From a virus (lineage: Duplodnaviria; Caudoviricetes): a DNA stretch of 52,473 nt. The translations under genes and the position numbers were made by a program. The notes under the pieces were generated by a model. That model made no database searches. It saw only the letters and a list, made by a program, of their open reading frames with translations, and was not told the origin of the DNA. Every line of letters begins with the position of its first letter. Within the stretch, counting starts at the first letter, position 1. The stretch lies in the IMG/VR virus record IMGVR_UViG_3300045257_000172, positions 1 through 52,473 of that record. One strand, given 5' to 3'. Below are positions 19,638 to 27,532 of the stretch, in pieces.

Positions 19638-20077
19638 ACTTCCCTACTGATAACGTCTGGTCTTGGGTTTGTAACCTTGGGCATGTAGTCTGGATAAACC
19701 GATACTGGTACACCTGCATGTTCGGATAGTAATTGTTTGGCCCTGTTTGTTGCTTCCTCGGGAGTGGCTCCAATTCCCCGTGCCTGAAGTCCGTAATCAG
19801 GACTATTCCAAACATGCTCGTTCGGTGGTTCCTCGCTGTGATCCCAGTTTCTTTTCACGACGCGGACTCCGTAATCTTTAATGCTCGATATTTCGTGCTC
19901 GAAGTAAGGCTTAAACTTATTATAGAAAACAGGATCAACCTGATATTTTATAATCTGGTAGCTAGATGGATCGTGGTAACCCTTGGCTAGCCCGATCTCT
20001 GCCATTTCCCTGCTAGAAAATACCCCTAGTACATTATCTCCTTCGTAGTCTGGCCGAACCAATAAAAACATTTTCAT
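19634..20077 (-). CDS. Hypothetical protein
   Basis: Coupled at both ends; N-terminal 'YEG..VLGVFSSRE.AE' is a common small phage domain. Confidence 0.6.
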   Translation of the reverse strand: MKMFLLVRPDYEGDNVLGVFSSREMAEIGLAKGYHDPSSYQIIKYQVDPVFYNKFKPYFEHEISSIKDYGVRVVKRNWDHSEEPPNEHVWNSPDYGLQARGIGATPEEATNRAKQLLSEHAGVPVSVYPDYMPKVTNPRPDVISREV

Positions 20078-20748
20078 GATAAGATAAACTCCATCTCCGA
20101 TTTAGATTTGACCCCATGGATCACGTCTATGCCACTGCGGTAGGCTTCCCGGGCTTGCATCAGTGTCCCCGGGATATCAAAGGAGTTTTGGCTGAACTCG
20201 CTCCAAAGGTTGTCCTGGACCGTTTGGTTCAAGCGTTCGCACACCAGCCCGAAAAACACATCAGGGGATGATTCAGGCGTGGAAGGTTGTCCGCGTCCCC
20301 GGGTGCAGATACCCTCCGAGATTACCTTTCTCCCTTCCTCGATGAACCTCTCGGCAAACTCACGGTGGAACAACCAAGGATTATGATAAAAGGAGTTGGC
20401 TTTACTCCCCCAGGTGGAGCTTCCGGCCCGATGAGAGGCTACGGCGTGTTCCATGGCTTGGTATCTGATATGATTAAAAAACAGGCAGTCGTACTCGGCT
20501 ACCAGCAGGTGTTCATGGTCGCTGGCTAACCCTATCTCCAAAGTGTTCAGTAGCCTCTCGGGCAAATGACTGGCGTCGATATACGAGTCCTTGCCGCAAA
20601 CAAATGAAACAAAACCTGCCGGTACCCAACAATGCCCACCCTCAGTAGTAATCAGCCATACATCGGTTGTCCCGCTATTAGGAACGTACTTCCAATGGCG
20701 TTGCAATGTTTCATTCCCCCCGGGGTACGTTTGTAAGAGCAGGAGCAT
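20074..20748 (-). CDS. Putative GT-A-fold glycosyltransferase
   Basis: 'LLVAEYDCLF' (ExD), 'H.PW', 'PDVFFG', C-terminal 'IHGVK'; cluster context. Confidence 0.55.
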   Translation of the reverse strand: MLLLLQTYPGGNETLQRHWKYVPNSGTTDVWLITTEGGHCWVPAGFVSFVCGKDSYIDASHLPERLLNTLEIGLASDHEHLLVAEYDCLFFNHIRYQAMEHAVASHRAGSSTWGSKANSFYHNPWLFHREFAERFIEEGRKVISEGICTRGRGQPSTPESSPDVFFGLVCERLNQTVQDNLWSEFSQNSFDIPGTLMQAREAYRSGIDVIHGVKSKSEMEFILS

Positions 20749-22475
20749 TATTTGAGGATTGGGGCCGCTTTCAGTTGCCGGATGATCCGTGCTTTCGCCA
20801 ATGGACTAGTAAACCGTGCCTTAATCTCCTCCATTGGATCAGGGGTGTAATACACAACTTGTCCATTCCCAGTGGAGGTAGTTTGGGTAGGTGCGGGGTC
20901 TACGGATGGACGCTGGGCCGCTGATACCGGACCATCCGCACCTCCCAAAGTTTGAGCGGGCGGGACGCTACTCCCGCTCGCCATCCCCGACGAGAGCGCC
21001 AATAACTGACGATCATCGGTTCCTGCGTGTCTGCTTTCCACGCCGCCGCTCAAAATCTTCTCCCACTCCTCGATTGGGATAGGGTTATGACTCCACCTCT
21101 GGTCCACCGTCAGGGTAGGCCAATCTTTTTCTTCTGTTTCGGTTGTGTTTACCCAAATGAATTTCTCTCGGTGGTACTCGTAGGCGTAAAACCCTATGCA
21201 ATTAAATTCGCTAAACTCACGGTACGGTTGGCTCATCACGTACTGCTCTATCGGTACCCGGTGCCGGGTAACACAGAATTTCCTGAACTCATCGTACAAC
21301 CACCGGGGAAAGAGGAACGGGAACCGGCGCATAAACTCAAACTCGGGTGGTTTACCTAGAAACCGTTCCATGACGTGCCGCCAAGCTTGTTCTTCGTTGG
21401 GGTGAGCTTGATCTATCGGGGTAATCATCCAAACAAACTTCCCGTCCTTTAAGTAGATACCGGGGGTTACGGGCTTGGTAAAAATAGTGTCTGAATCAAT
21501 GTGCAGTATCCAATCCGCATCACTGAACGTGTCGGCGTTGAGTTTGAATATCTGCTGGGAAAGGTAGTTATCCTGGTTAGCGGATCCTTCTCCGTACTCA
21601 ACCCTGGTCTGCCATTCAACTTCAGGGTATGCTTGGGAAGGGCTGGATGATATAACAACCGTGTTGCGGAACCCTTGGGCAAAGGTCTTGATTGATCGGA
21701 GGCAGTACTCCAGCCAAGGGTAATCCTTGGGGTAGGTTTTAATAAAGATGTCTGCTACCTCAGGTTTGGGGGGCGCAACCTGCGCCTTGCCTTTCTTGCG
21801 TTCCCTTAAGAAATCTATCAGCGTCCCGCTTTTATCGGCATGAAACAGGACACAATCAGTGGGAAGTTGAGCCAGGAGATTGTCTACCTCACCCTGGTTA
21901 GCAAACGGAGGATGTTTCCACCTGTGAGCAATTAACCGGGTTTGTTTCATTTTGGGCACAATCTGGTCAGCAGCGAAAACGTCCCAGGCTATGTCAGTAG
22001 CCATTACCGCTGCCCCGGCATGATCCACCACCATCCCTGGATAGACCGCTATCCCTGACATGTGGGCTGGAACATCTTTCACGTTTACAAAGTCCCCCAA
22101 GAACGGTTTACGGGGTTCAGCGTCGTATTCCTTGGCTAGTGCTGCTACCCACCCTGATTTGAGGGGGACTACATCCGCTTCAAGCCATAACCAGGGCTGA
22201 GGATTAGTCATTTGCACTCGTTTAGCTGCTTTAACGAATATCCGGTTGGGAGCCAACGGCCATCCGTCGAAACGTTCAGTCATCATCTCGATTTCCACCG
22301 ATTCAAATACCATTGAGAGATTATGCTTGATGGCCCGGTTATTGTTCGGATGCACTCTATCATCGGTTATTATCAGAGCGTGATGGCCGGGGTTGCGCCC
22401 AAGATCGACTATCCAATAGGACAGTTTGACCGCTAAATCTTGATCTACGGGGCTAACGGGGTAAGCGATTAACAT
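20748..22475 (-). CDS. Two-domain putative glycosyltransferase (GT-A-like domain plus DUF6492-like domain)
   Basis: Domain 1: 'WLWLEADVVP', 'HMSGIAVYP', 'LFH.DK'. Domain 2: 'IKTYPKD..WL..CL.SI', 'QQIFKL.AD', 'HIDSD', 'FSEFN'. Confidence 0.65.
   Translation of the reverse strand: MLIAYPVSPVDQDLAVKLSYWIVDLGRNPGHHALIITDDRVHPNNNRAIKHNLSMVFESVEIEMMTERFDGWPLAPNRIFVKAAKRVQMTNPQPWLWLEADVVPLKSGWVAALAKEYDAEPRKPFLGDFVNVKDVPAHMSGIAVYPGMVVDHAGAAVMATDIAWDVFAADQIVPKMKQTRLIAHRWKHPPFANQGEVDNLLAQLPTDCVLFHADKSGTLIDFLRERKKGKAQVAPPKPEVADIFIKTYPKDYPWLEYCLRSIKTFAQGFRNTVVISSSPSQAYPEVEWQTRVEYGEGSANQDNYLSQQIFKLNADTFSDADWILHIDSDTIFTKPVTPGIYLKDGKFVWMITPIDQAHPNEEQAWRHVMERFLGKPPEFEFMRRFPFLFPRWLYDEFRKFCVTRHRVPIEQYVMSQPYREFSEFNCIGFYAYEYHREKFIWVNTTETEEKDWPTLTVDQRWSHNPIPIEEWEKILSGGVESRHAGTDDRQLLALSSGMASGSSVPPAQTLGGADGPVSAAQRPSVDPAPTQTTSTGNGQVVYYTPDPMEEIKARFTSPLAKARIIRQLKAAPILK
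20951..21054 (-). ncRNA. tRNA-like cloverleaf element, copy 1, embedded in a CDS
   Basis: UUUGAGCGG/CCGCUCAAA closing stem; GCGUG-GAAAGCAGA-CACGC hairpin; CCGAUGA/UCGUCGG long arm; GCGGGA-GUAGCG-UCCCGC hairpin abutting the 3' strand. Confidence 0.55.
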
Positions 22476-22840
22476 TGGCGTGGTGGAGCAATTACCAGGG
22501 ATTCATCCCCCGGGGTAGATAAATAATCTTCAAGCAGCACTTTGCGCGAGTATGCATGCCAATCTTTTAGGGCATGGATAACCTTGGCCCTATCAGCCCA
22601 GCCCTTGTTTTGGTCTCTCGTTATTGATGATGGGTCAATACGTTGAATGGCAAATAGGGCTGTTTCCATCCTTTGCATGTCCTCGGCCAACTGGAGTGCG
22701 TTCAGTGGGGTGGCACACCTATGAGAGTGTCTTTTTTTCCTCACCTCAATACCGTTACCTGTGGGTGATAGGCTTCCGTGGATGCCGGTTGGTGATGAAT
22801 GTACCGAAGAAGAAGTCTTTTCAGTTTTACTGAGTTCCAT
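22469..22840 (-). CDS. Hypothetical protein
   Basis: ORF tiles with its neighbours; ATG follows a purine-rich stretch. Confidence 0.5.
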   Translation of the reverse strand: MELSKTEKTSSSVHSSPTGIHGSLSPTGNGIEVRKKRHSHRCATPLNALQLAEDMQRMETALFAIQRIDPSSITRDQNKGWADRAKVIHALKDWHAYSRKVLLEDYLSTPGDESLVIAPPRQC

Positions 22841-22849
22841 CTTTTTATG

Positions 22850-23056
22850 TCAAGCTTTTTCTGCTAACTTTTTTAACTGACTAAACGCTATGGCCTTGCT
22901 CCGGTAGTCTGACCATCCAAAGTCCAGCGCCAAACAGTAAAGCTCCTGCACCCGGTCCAGTTCATCCAAGCATTCGAGGATGTAATCGGCTGACCTGTGT
23001 TTCCCTTGGTATTTGAGGGCGATTTGGCGAAGTTCATCAATCCTTTGGAGGGTCAT
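22850..23056 (-). CDS. Hypothetical protein
   Basis: Tiles the operon. Confidence 0.55.
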   Translation of the reverse strand: MTLQRIDELRQIALKYQGKHRSADYILECLDELDRVQELYCLALDFGWSDYRSKAIAFSQLKKLAEKA

Positions 23057-23284
23057 TTACCACGATAAAAACCAGTTACGTGGCAGCAGAGTTTTAGAAG
23101 GGCGCAACCTCCACTTGCCGCCGCTGAAATAGAAATCCCCGTCAATATCCCCCGGCTTGGGTTGTTTTTTAGCTAAAGAGTGAGCCATAGGGCTATTGCC
23201 AATCATGCCCCCGACATCAAGCACGCCCTTCTTGTAGGCTGCCCATTTATTGGTATCTTTGCCCGACTTGGTGAATTTTTTCAT
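23057..23284 (-). CDS. Hypothetical protein
   Basis: ATGA-coupled. Confidence 0.5.
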   Translation of the reverse strand: MKKFTKSGKDTNKWAAYKKGVLDVGGMIGNSPMAHSLAKKQPKPGDIDGDFYFSGGKWRLRPSKTLLPRNWFLSW

Positions 23285-23658
23285 GGGTATATCAATGTAA
23301 TTTCTGTGCGCTCCTGACTTTTCTTCGCCACCCTGACCTGTTCCGTCTCAAGCCTGATTTGTTCCGGTGTGTCGCCAGGAATGAGCTTAGAATGTCTGAG
23401 GCCATCGAGTAAATCTTTGACGCCTCCGGCGAAGTTATCAGGATCGAGGGGTCTACACCTGTAGCCCACAAAGCGTACGATAATGCGTCCCATGCTCTTA
23501 GTTTCTCCTGTCTCTGTTTTGTCCAGTGCTGGCGTTTGGTTTTGTTGAGGGACGGTGTCGAGTAAACCACGGTTAGCTTCAAGCAAGTCCCTGGTGGAAT
23601 TGGGGAAGAGGGTTTTAAAGGTGTTGACATCCAATTTACAATCCTCGCTTCCAGTCAT
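23281..23658 (-). CDS. rusA: RusA-like Holliday junction resolvase
   Basis: 'R.LDPDN..GG.K.LLDGL.....I.GD' acidic catalytic pattern. Confidence 0.65.
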   Translation of the reverse strand: MTGSEDCKLDVNTFKTLFPNSTRDLLEANRGLLDTVPQQNQTPALDKTETGETKSMGRIIVRFVGYRCRPLDPDNFAGGVKDLLDGLRHSKLIPGDTPEQIRLETEQVRVAKKSQERTEITLIYP

Positions 23659-23852
23659 GGTTCGGGCTCATCCTCTGCCTCCCGTAGCAGTCGGTTATGC
23701 TGAACCAATGTTTCCATGAAATCGGCCTTAACTGCTTCTAGTGCCCCAACAACCTCAAATGCTGTCAGTTTATCGCTTTCGTCCAGATAACGCCTCACAA
23801 CGCTATGGAGTTCGTGGTAGATTAAATCAGCTTCGTTAAGGTCCGAGTTCAT
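23655..23852 (-). CDS. Hypothetical protein
   Basis: Coupled; 'T..EVVGALE.VK' helix motif. Confidence 0.55.
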   Translation of the reverse strand: MNSDLNEADLIYHELHSVVRRYLDESDKLTAFEVVGALEAVKADFMETLVQHNRLLREAEDEPEP

Positions 23853-24358
23853 TCTTTCCCCTGCTCATAAAGAGCGGCACGAACGATGTCCCGGACGTCC
23901 CATGACCACAGAGCCTTGCCGGATGTCGGGTCTTTGATGGATTTAGTAGCTAATTCGTCAAGTTTCTCCAACGCCTCTCGCATCTCCTCCAAGTCGGGCT
24001 GCTGCTCGGCAACTAGACGTTTCAGTTTTACGTTCTCGATTTTGCACCGATGAGCGTCATCTTTAAGCTCGCGGTAGTAAGATCGGACAGACTCCACAGA
24101 CATAAACTCTGATCCTCCCGGCGTCATCTCTTGAGCGAGGGAACGCCACTTAATCATTTCCGGTTCGTCCTCCTGCTCGGGGACGCGGCGGTTCCAAAGG
24201 TCGTAAATAATGTCTGCAATCGAACCCCATGGCGTAAAATGTCCATTCTCTACAGCCTTAAGATGGGATTGGATTGTTTTCTCACAATCTTTAGCTACGC
24301 GATGGGTGAGCCTATCACCATCACCCGCACAGGAATCGTTAGGGTTACTCATAGCCAT
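23849..24358 (-). CDS. Mosaic accessory protein A
   Basis: Shares CAGD..RL, NRRV.EQ and AEQQP blocks with 24657-25448. Confidence 0.6.
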   Translation of the reverse strand: MAMSNPNDSCAGDGDRLTHRVAKDCEKTIQSHLKAVENGHFTPWGSIADIIYDLWNRRVPEQEDEPEMIKWRSLAQEMTPGGSEFMSVESVRSYYRELKDDAHRCKIENVKLKRLVAEQQPDLEEMREALEKLDELATKSIKDPTSGKALWSWDVRDIVRAALYEQGKE

Positions 24359-24558
24359 GATATCCGATAACGCCCGAGTTCTCCGTGATACTTGGCGTGT
24401 TGCGTGCGCTGCGGCGCGTTAATTTCTACACGTATTCCCTGCCATCGCTTCCACCAGCCCCTGAAGTAGATCATTGTGTAACGGACATGAACGGTTAGCC
24501 AACAACCCTTGCTCTGGCTGTGAAGAATATTGTGTTCGATTTTGATTAGTTCTCTCAT
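24349..24558 (-). CDS. Hypothetical protein
   Basis: ATGA-coupled to the micro-ORF at 24555-24632. Confidence 0.45.
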   Translation of the reverse strand: MRELIKIEHNILHSQSKGCWLTVHVRYTMIYFRGWWKRWQGIRVEINAPQRTQHAKYHGELGRYRISWL

Positions 24559-24559
24559 G

Positions 24560-24584
24560 GCGTGTTGCCTTTAGGCACAAACTT
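24560..24584. repeat. 25-bp direct repeat, copy 1 (24/25 identical to 25843-25867)
   Basis: gcgtgttgcctttaggcacaRactt, containing the palindrome TGCCT-N2-AGGCA. Confidence 0.85.
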
Positions 24585-24656
24585 CTCCTGCACACGGACT
24601 TGTTTTTGGGTCGTGGAAGCAACCGCATTCATCGCAAACTTTCGGCTTTAGTTCGT

Positions 24657-25448
24657 TTATTCCTGTTGGCAAAAATCATTCACTGCATTCATTGCCTTGT
24701 CGATTGCTTCACGGAGAGAGTCGCCCCTTGCTTCTACTTCATTCTCGATTGAGAAAGTAATCGCGTCTTTAGTGTAACCCATGTCCTCCGCATTACTGAT
24801 GAATAATCGCGTGAAACGTCTAGGCTGCTTCGCGTATCCTTCCAGCCAATCTAGACGCTGCGTGTCCCTATCACCGAAGCCAGCGGGGCGAGCGGGCAAG
24901 GATTCAACCTCGCTGGGTGGCGTTTCGACTAGGCTTAATTGGGCTTCCGGATCGCCCGTTGACGTAGTATCCACCGCTCCGCTCAAATTTGCGGGCTGCT
25001 GCTCGGCAAGTTTCCGGTGTAGTCTAGCGATAATTTCAGACTGTTCTTGAAGTGCTCGTTGCTGACGATCCTCCCTTGTGGTGGAATCTGACTCAACTTC
25101 ATTGGGTTGCTGTAATAGCCGGCTGTAACCTTTCGCCCATCCTGAGACTGGGCTGACAATTTGGCATATCGGACACTTTATGGGAACCTCCTGAGATTGC
25201 TCGCTGGGCTGGTGCTCGAGGACGCGGCGGTTATGAATCCATTCAACTCCAGCCCAAAATCCAATCCATCTTTGGTGATGACGGGTTCCGTGAGTGCTTG
25301 AGGGACATTGGCCCATTGCCCATTTAGCAAAGTATTCTTTGGCTTCGGCTTTGAGCCTATCACCCGCACACAACTCTGGTTCACACTTCTCGTTAGGTTT
25401 TTGGTTAGTTGTCACGGCGCTAGTTGCCTCCATTTGCTTAGTTACCAA
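24657..25448 (-). CDS. Mosaic accessory protein B (start probably ATG at 25433)
   Basis: CxxC; C-terminal 'DTQRLDWLE...LREAIDKAM' is a common phage domain. Confidence 0.6.
   Translation of the reverse strand: MVTKQMEATSAVTTNQKPNEKCEPELCAGDRLKAEAKEYFAKWAMGQCPSSTHGTRHHQRWIGFWAGVEWIHNRRVLEHQPSEQSQEVPIKCPICQIVSPVSGWAKGYSRLLQQPNEVESDSTTREDRQQRALQEQSEIIARLHRKLAEQQPANLSGAVDTTSTGDPEAQLSLVETPPSEVESLPARPAGFGDRDTQRLDWLEGYAKQPRRFTRLFISNAEDMGYTKDAITFSIENEVEARGDSLREAIDKAMNAVNDFCQQE
24890..24987 (-). ncRNA. tRNA-like element, copy 2, embedded in a CDS
   Basis: UUUGAGCGG...CCGCUC closing stem; GUGGA D-like arm; GGCG/CGCC arm; GCGAGG-UUGAAU-CCUUGC T-arm-like hairpin abutting the 3' strand. Confidence 0.45.
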
Positions 25449-25459
25449 CGTTTACGTCT

Positions 25460-25819
25460 TTACCCTTCGTGCTGCGAATAGTGGATGCCCCACGCTTTGG
25501 CTGATCTACTTACCGCTTCAAGACTGGCTTTACCCTTGACCCGCATACTGTCATCATTGCCGTCGTCACAATCCGAACAGACAAAAAAGTTTCCAGTGCA
25601 TTGACCTGGAGTGCTGTTGCAATAAATCCAACGGGCAGCGTCACCGGCCTTGAACCGCTTAGTGCAGAGAACGCAATGACAGCCTCCACGCCGATCTAAC
25701 AAGGGAAGGTTCTTATCCGTGAACGTGAATGGCTTGCGCTGAATCCATCGTCCTTCATCATTGCGCGTTGCCTGTCTGCTCGCTGACAATTCAGTCTGCG
25801 GGGTCAGTGTTTCATTCAT
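25460..25819 (-). CDS. Zn-binding hypothetical protein
   Basis: CxxC...CxxC. Confidence 0.55.
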   Translation of the reverse strand: MNETLTPQTELSASRQATRNDEGRWIQRKPFTFTDKNLPLLDRRGGCHCVLCTKRFKAGDAARWIYCNSTPGQCTGNFFVCSDCDDGNDDSMRVKGKASLEAVSRSAKAWGIHYSQHEG

Positions 25820-25825
25820 AAAATC

Positions 25826-26032
25826 TTAATCTTGATGTGTTAGCGTGTTGCCTTTAGGCACAGACTTGTTAGGGCTTTCCGAACGGCGGAAATTGAAGAG
25901 CGAATCCACACTGATTCTGTGGCGCCTAGCCACCGATGCCAACGTAACGCGGTGGCCGCTGCCGGGCTTTAGGTCTTGATATTCAACGGCTGCGGTTGCC
26001 ACGGTGACCGGATCGTAGATTTGTCGGCCCAT
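25826..26032 (-). CDS. Small helix-turn-helix protein
   Basis: 'TLASVARRHRISVDSL.N.R' HTH pattern. Confidence 0.55.
   Translation of the reverse strand: MGRQIYDPVTVATAAVEYQDLKPGSGHRVTLASVARRHRISVDSLFNFRRSESPNKSVPKGNTLTHQD
25843..25867. repeat. 25-bp direct repeat, copy 2
   Basis: Matches 24560-24584 at 24 of 25 positions. Confidence 0.85.
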
Positions 26033-26213
26033 ATTTTTATTTAGGTAAGGCGTCGCCTTTGGCTTCAGTCATTGCTCGCAATACTTCCACACGGCCCTTG
26101 AGATTATGTTCGTTCAAAGGCATAAGCATTTAGGTCCGAGACAAAGGTTATCCAGCACAGCGGGAGCGTAATTAGAAACACCGAAAACCAGAACAGCCAA
26201 ATTAGCCTCGATT

Positions 26214-26441
26214 TCATTCCGATTGTTGTTTAGGTTTACTCCCATCCTTGGGTGGGTTCTGTGCAACACACCAACAAAACCCGAGGAAGGTTGCCCATTC
26301 AAGCAGTGCCTCACCGAAAGTTGTCGAAGGGACCAGCGTAAAGGCCAATAAAAGGATCAACAGTAACATTTTGGGGTTCAAAATCCCTTTCTCATCGAAA
26401 CGACAAATAGAATGCTGTAAGCGAGGTAGAGTGATAGCCAA
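26214..26441 (-). CDS. Small membrane protein
   Basis: Two hydrophobic segments; start uncertain. Confidence 0.4.
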   Translation of the reverse strand: MAITLPRLQHSICRFDEKGILNPKMLLLILLLAFTLVPSTTFGEALLEWATFLGFCWCVAQNPPKDGSKPKQQSE

Positions 26442-26454
26442 ATTTCCCAGTTCA

Positions 26455-26811
26455 TTATTTCTTTTTCCACCTTGGAACTCTGTCTGGTCCTCTGGTTATC
26501 ACTTCTACTCGCTCGTCGGCTTGGAGTTCAGCTGAGAGAATTGGACTGCAAGGGCCGCAATGCGCAGGTTCAGCTTCACCTTGAGCGTTACAGACTGCAC
26601 GACAATGACCACGAACGCCGTCAACCTCGCTCTCCTCTAGCGTTTCACCACACGACTCACAACGCCATTGTCTGTTTGGCTGTACCTGCTCAGCACGTTT
26701 AGCTCGCCGAACTTGTTCGCTGAACTCTATGCGAAGAGCTTCCTCCTCCGGCGAGCGTTCGTCCTCAACCTTTTTTGGTGGCTGTGCCTGCTCAGAATCA
26801 GATTTTTTCAT
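26455..26811 (-). CDS. Zn-finger hypothetical protein
   Basis: CESC...H...CGPC; ATGA-coupled. Confidence 0.5.
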   Translation of the reverse strand: MKKSDSEQAQPPKKVEDERSPEEEALRIEFSEQVRRAKRAEQVQPNRQWRCESCGETLEESEVDGVRGHCRAVCNAQGEAEPAHCGPCSPILSAELQADERVEVITRGPDRVPRWKKK

Positions 26812-27002
26812 CGTCGCTTACGGTTGCAGACAGGCATAACTATCGGCTTAAGTTCTACCTCGGCTTGTTCCACCAGTTCGTATTTACCGACCCGCCTTGT
26901 CTCGCCTTGTTCGGCGGCGTCCTCGGCGGTCTTACATGCGTTAATCCATTCCTCGTTCCCATCCTTGTGGATGTATGCGTATATTGTTTTTGGTAGTTTC
27001 AC
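26808..27002 (-). CDS. Hypothetical protein
   Basis: AAGGAG SD before a GTG start. Confidence 0.55.
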   Translation of the reverse strand: MKLPKTIYAYIHKDGNEEWINACKTAEDAAEQGETRRVGKYELVEQAEVELKPIVMPVCNRKRR

Positions 27003-27041
27003 TTCACTCCTTTGGCTTTGTGGTTGCCACTGCTTGGTCGG

Positions 27042-27317
27042 TCATTTGTATAGGATTAGGCCCATGGAACGCGCTTTGTTTTTGTGGGTTTCAACCCAGT
27101 CATGGCAAGGACGGCACGAAGCTTTGAACCATTCTTCGTCGCACATTAATTCTCCGGCTTGGCCTTTCATGTGGTGAATGTCAACAGTTTCATTAAAGCA
27201 GTCATCGAACATTTCACAGTAGGGGTGGGATCGAATGTAGATGGGTTTGAGTATCCTGAAGGCGCGATCCTGTTGAGCCTTCTTTTTGCTCATCTTTTTG
27301 AGTGGTGAACGCTTCAT
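27042..27317 (-). CDS. Small HNH-like protein
   Basis: 'KRSPLK', C...C, 'DIHH..G', 'CRPCH.WV..H...AR..GL'. Confidence 0.7.
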   Translation of the reverse strand: MKRSPLKKMSKKKAQQDRAFRILKPIYIRSHPYCEMFDDCFNETVDIHHMKGQAGELMCDEEWFKASCRPCHDWVETHKNKARSMGLILYK

Positions 27318-27532
27318 GGGGTATAGGTTTCGCTCAGGATGCAGGTTGATACTTTAACTATTCGGTGGGACCAGTCCTGTTTACCCTTGATTGACTTTTT
27401 GAATACCGTCTTGGCTGCTTCATGACTTGGGTATTTAGGTGTGTAGGCATCCCAGTACGGTAGTCCGGTAATAGAGTTCTCAGCCGGAATCTCGAACTGA
27501 ATTTGCCAGTAGGTTTCAGTTGTTCGGGACAT
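27314..27532 (-). CDS. Hypothetical protein
   Basis: Tiles the operon. Confidence 0.5.
   Translation of the reverse strand: MSRTTETYWQIQFEIPAENSITGLPYWDAYTPKYPSHEAAKTVFKKSIKGKQDWSHRIVKVSTCILSETYTP

Noticed and set aside
20951-24987. Calling the two cloverleaf elements true tRNA genes
   Set aside because: They have no canonical T-loop, no 7-nt anticodon loop and no CCA. Reported as tRNA-like only.
23995-25867. CRISPR mini-array
   Set aside because: The repeats are of several kinds, lie hundreds of bases apart and sit inside ORFs. The PD-(D/E)XK nuclease is in a recombination context, not a cas operon.
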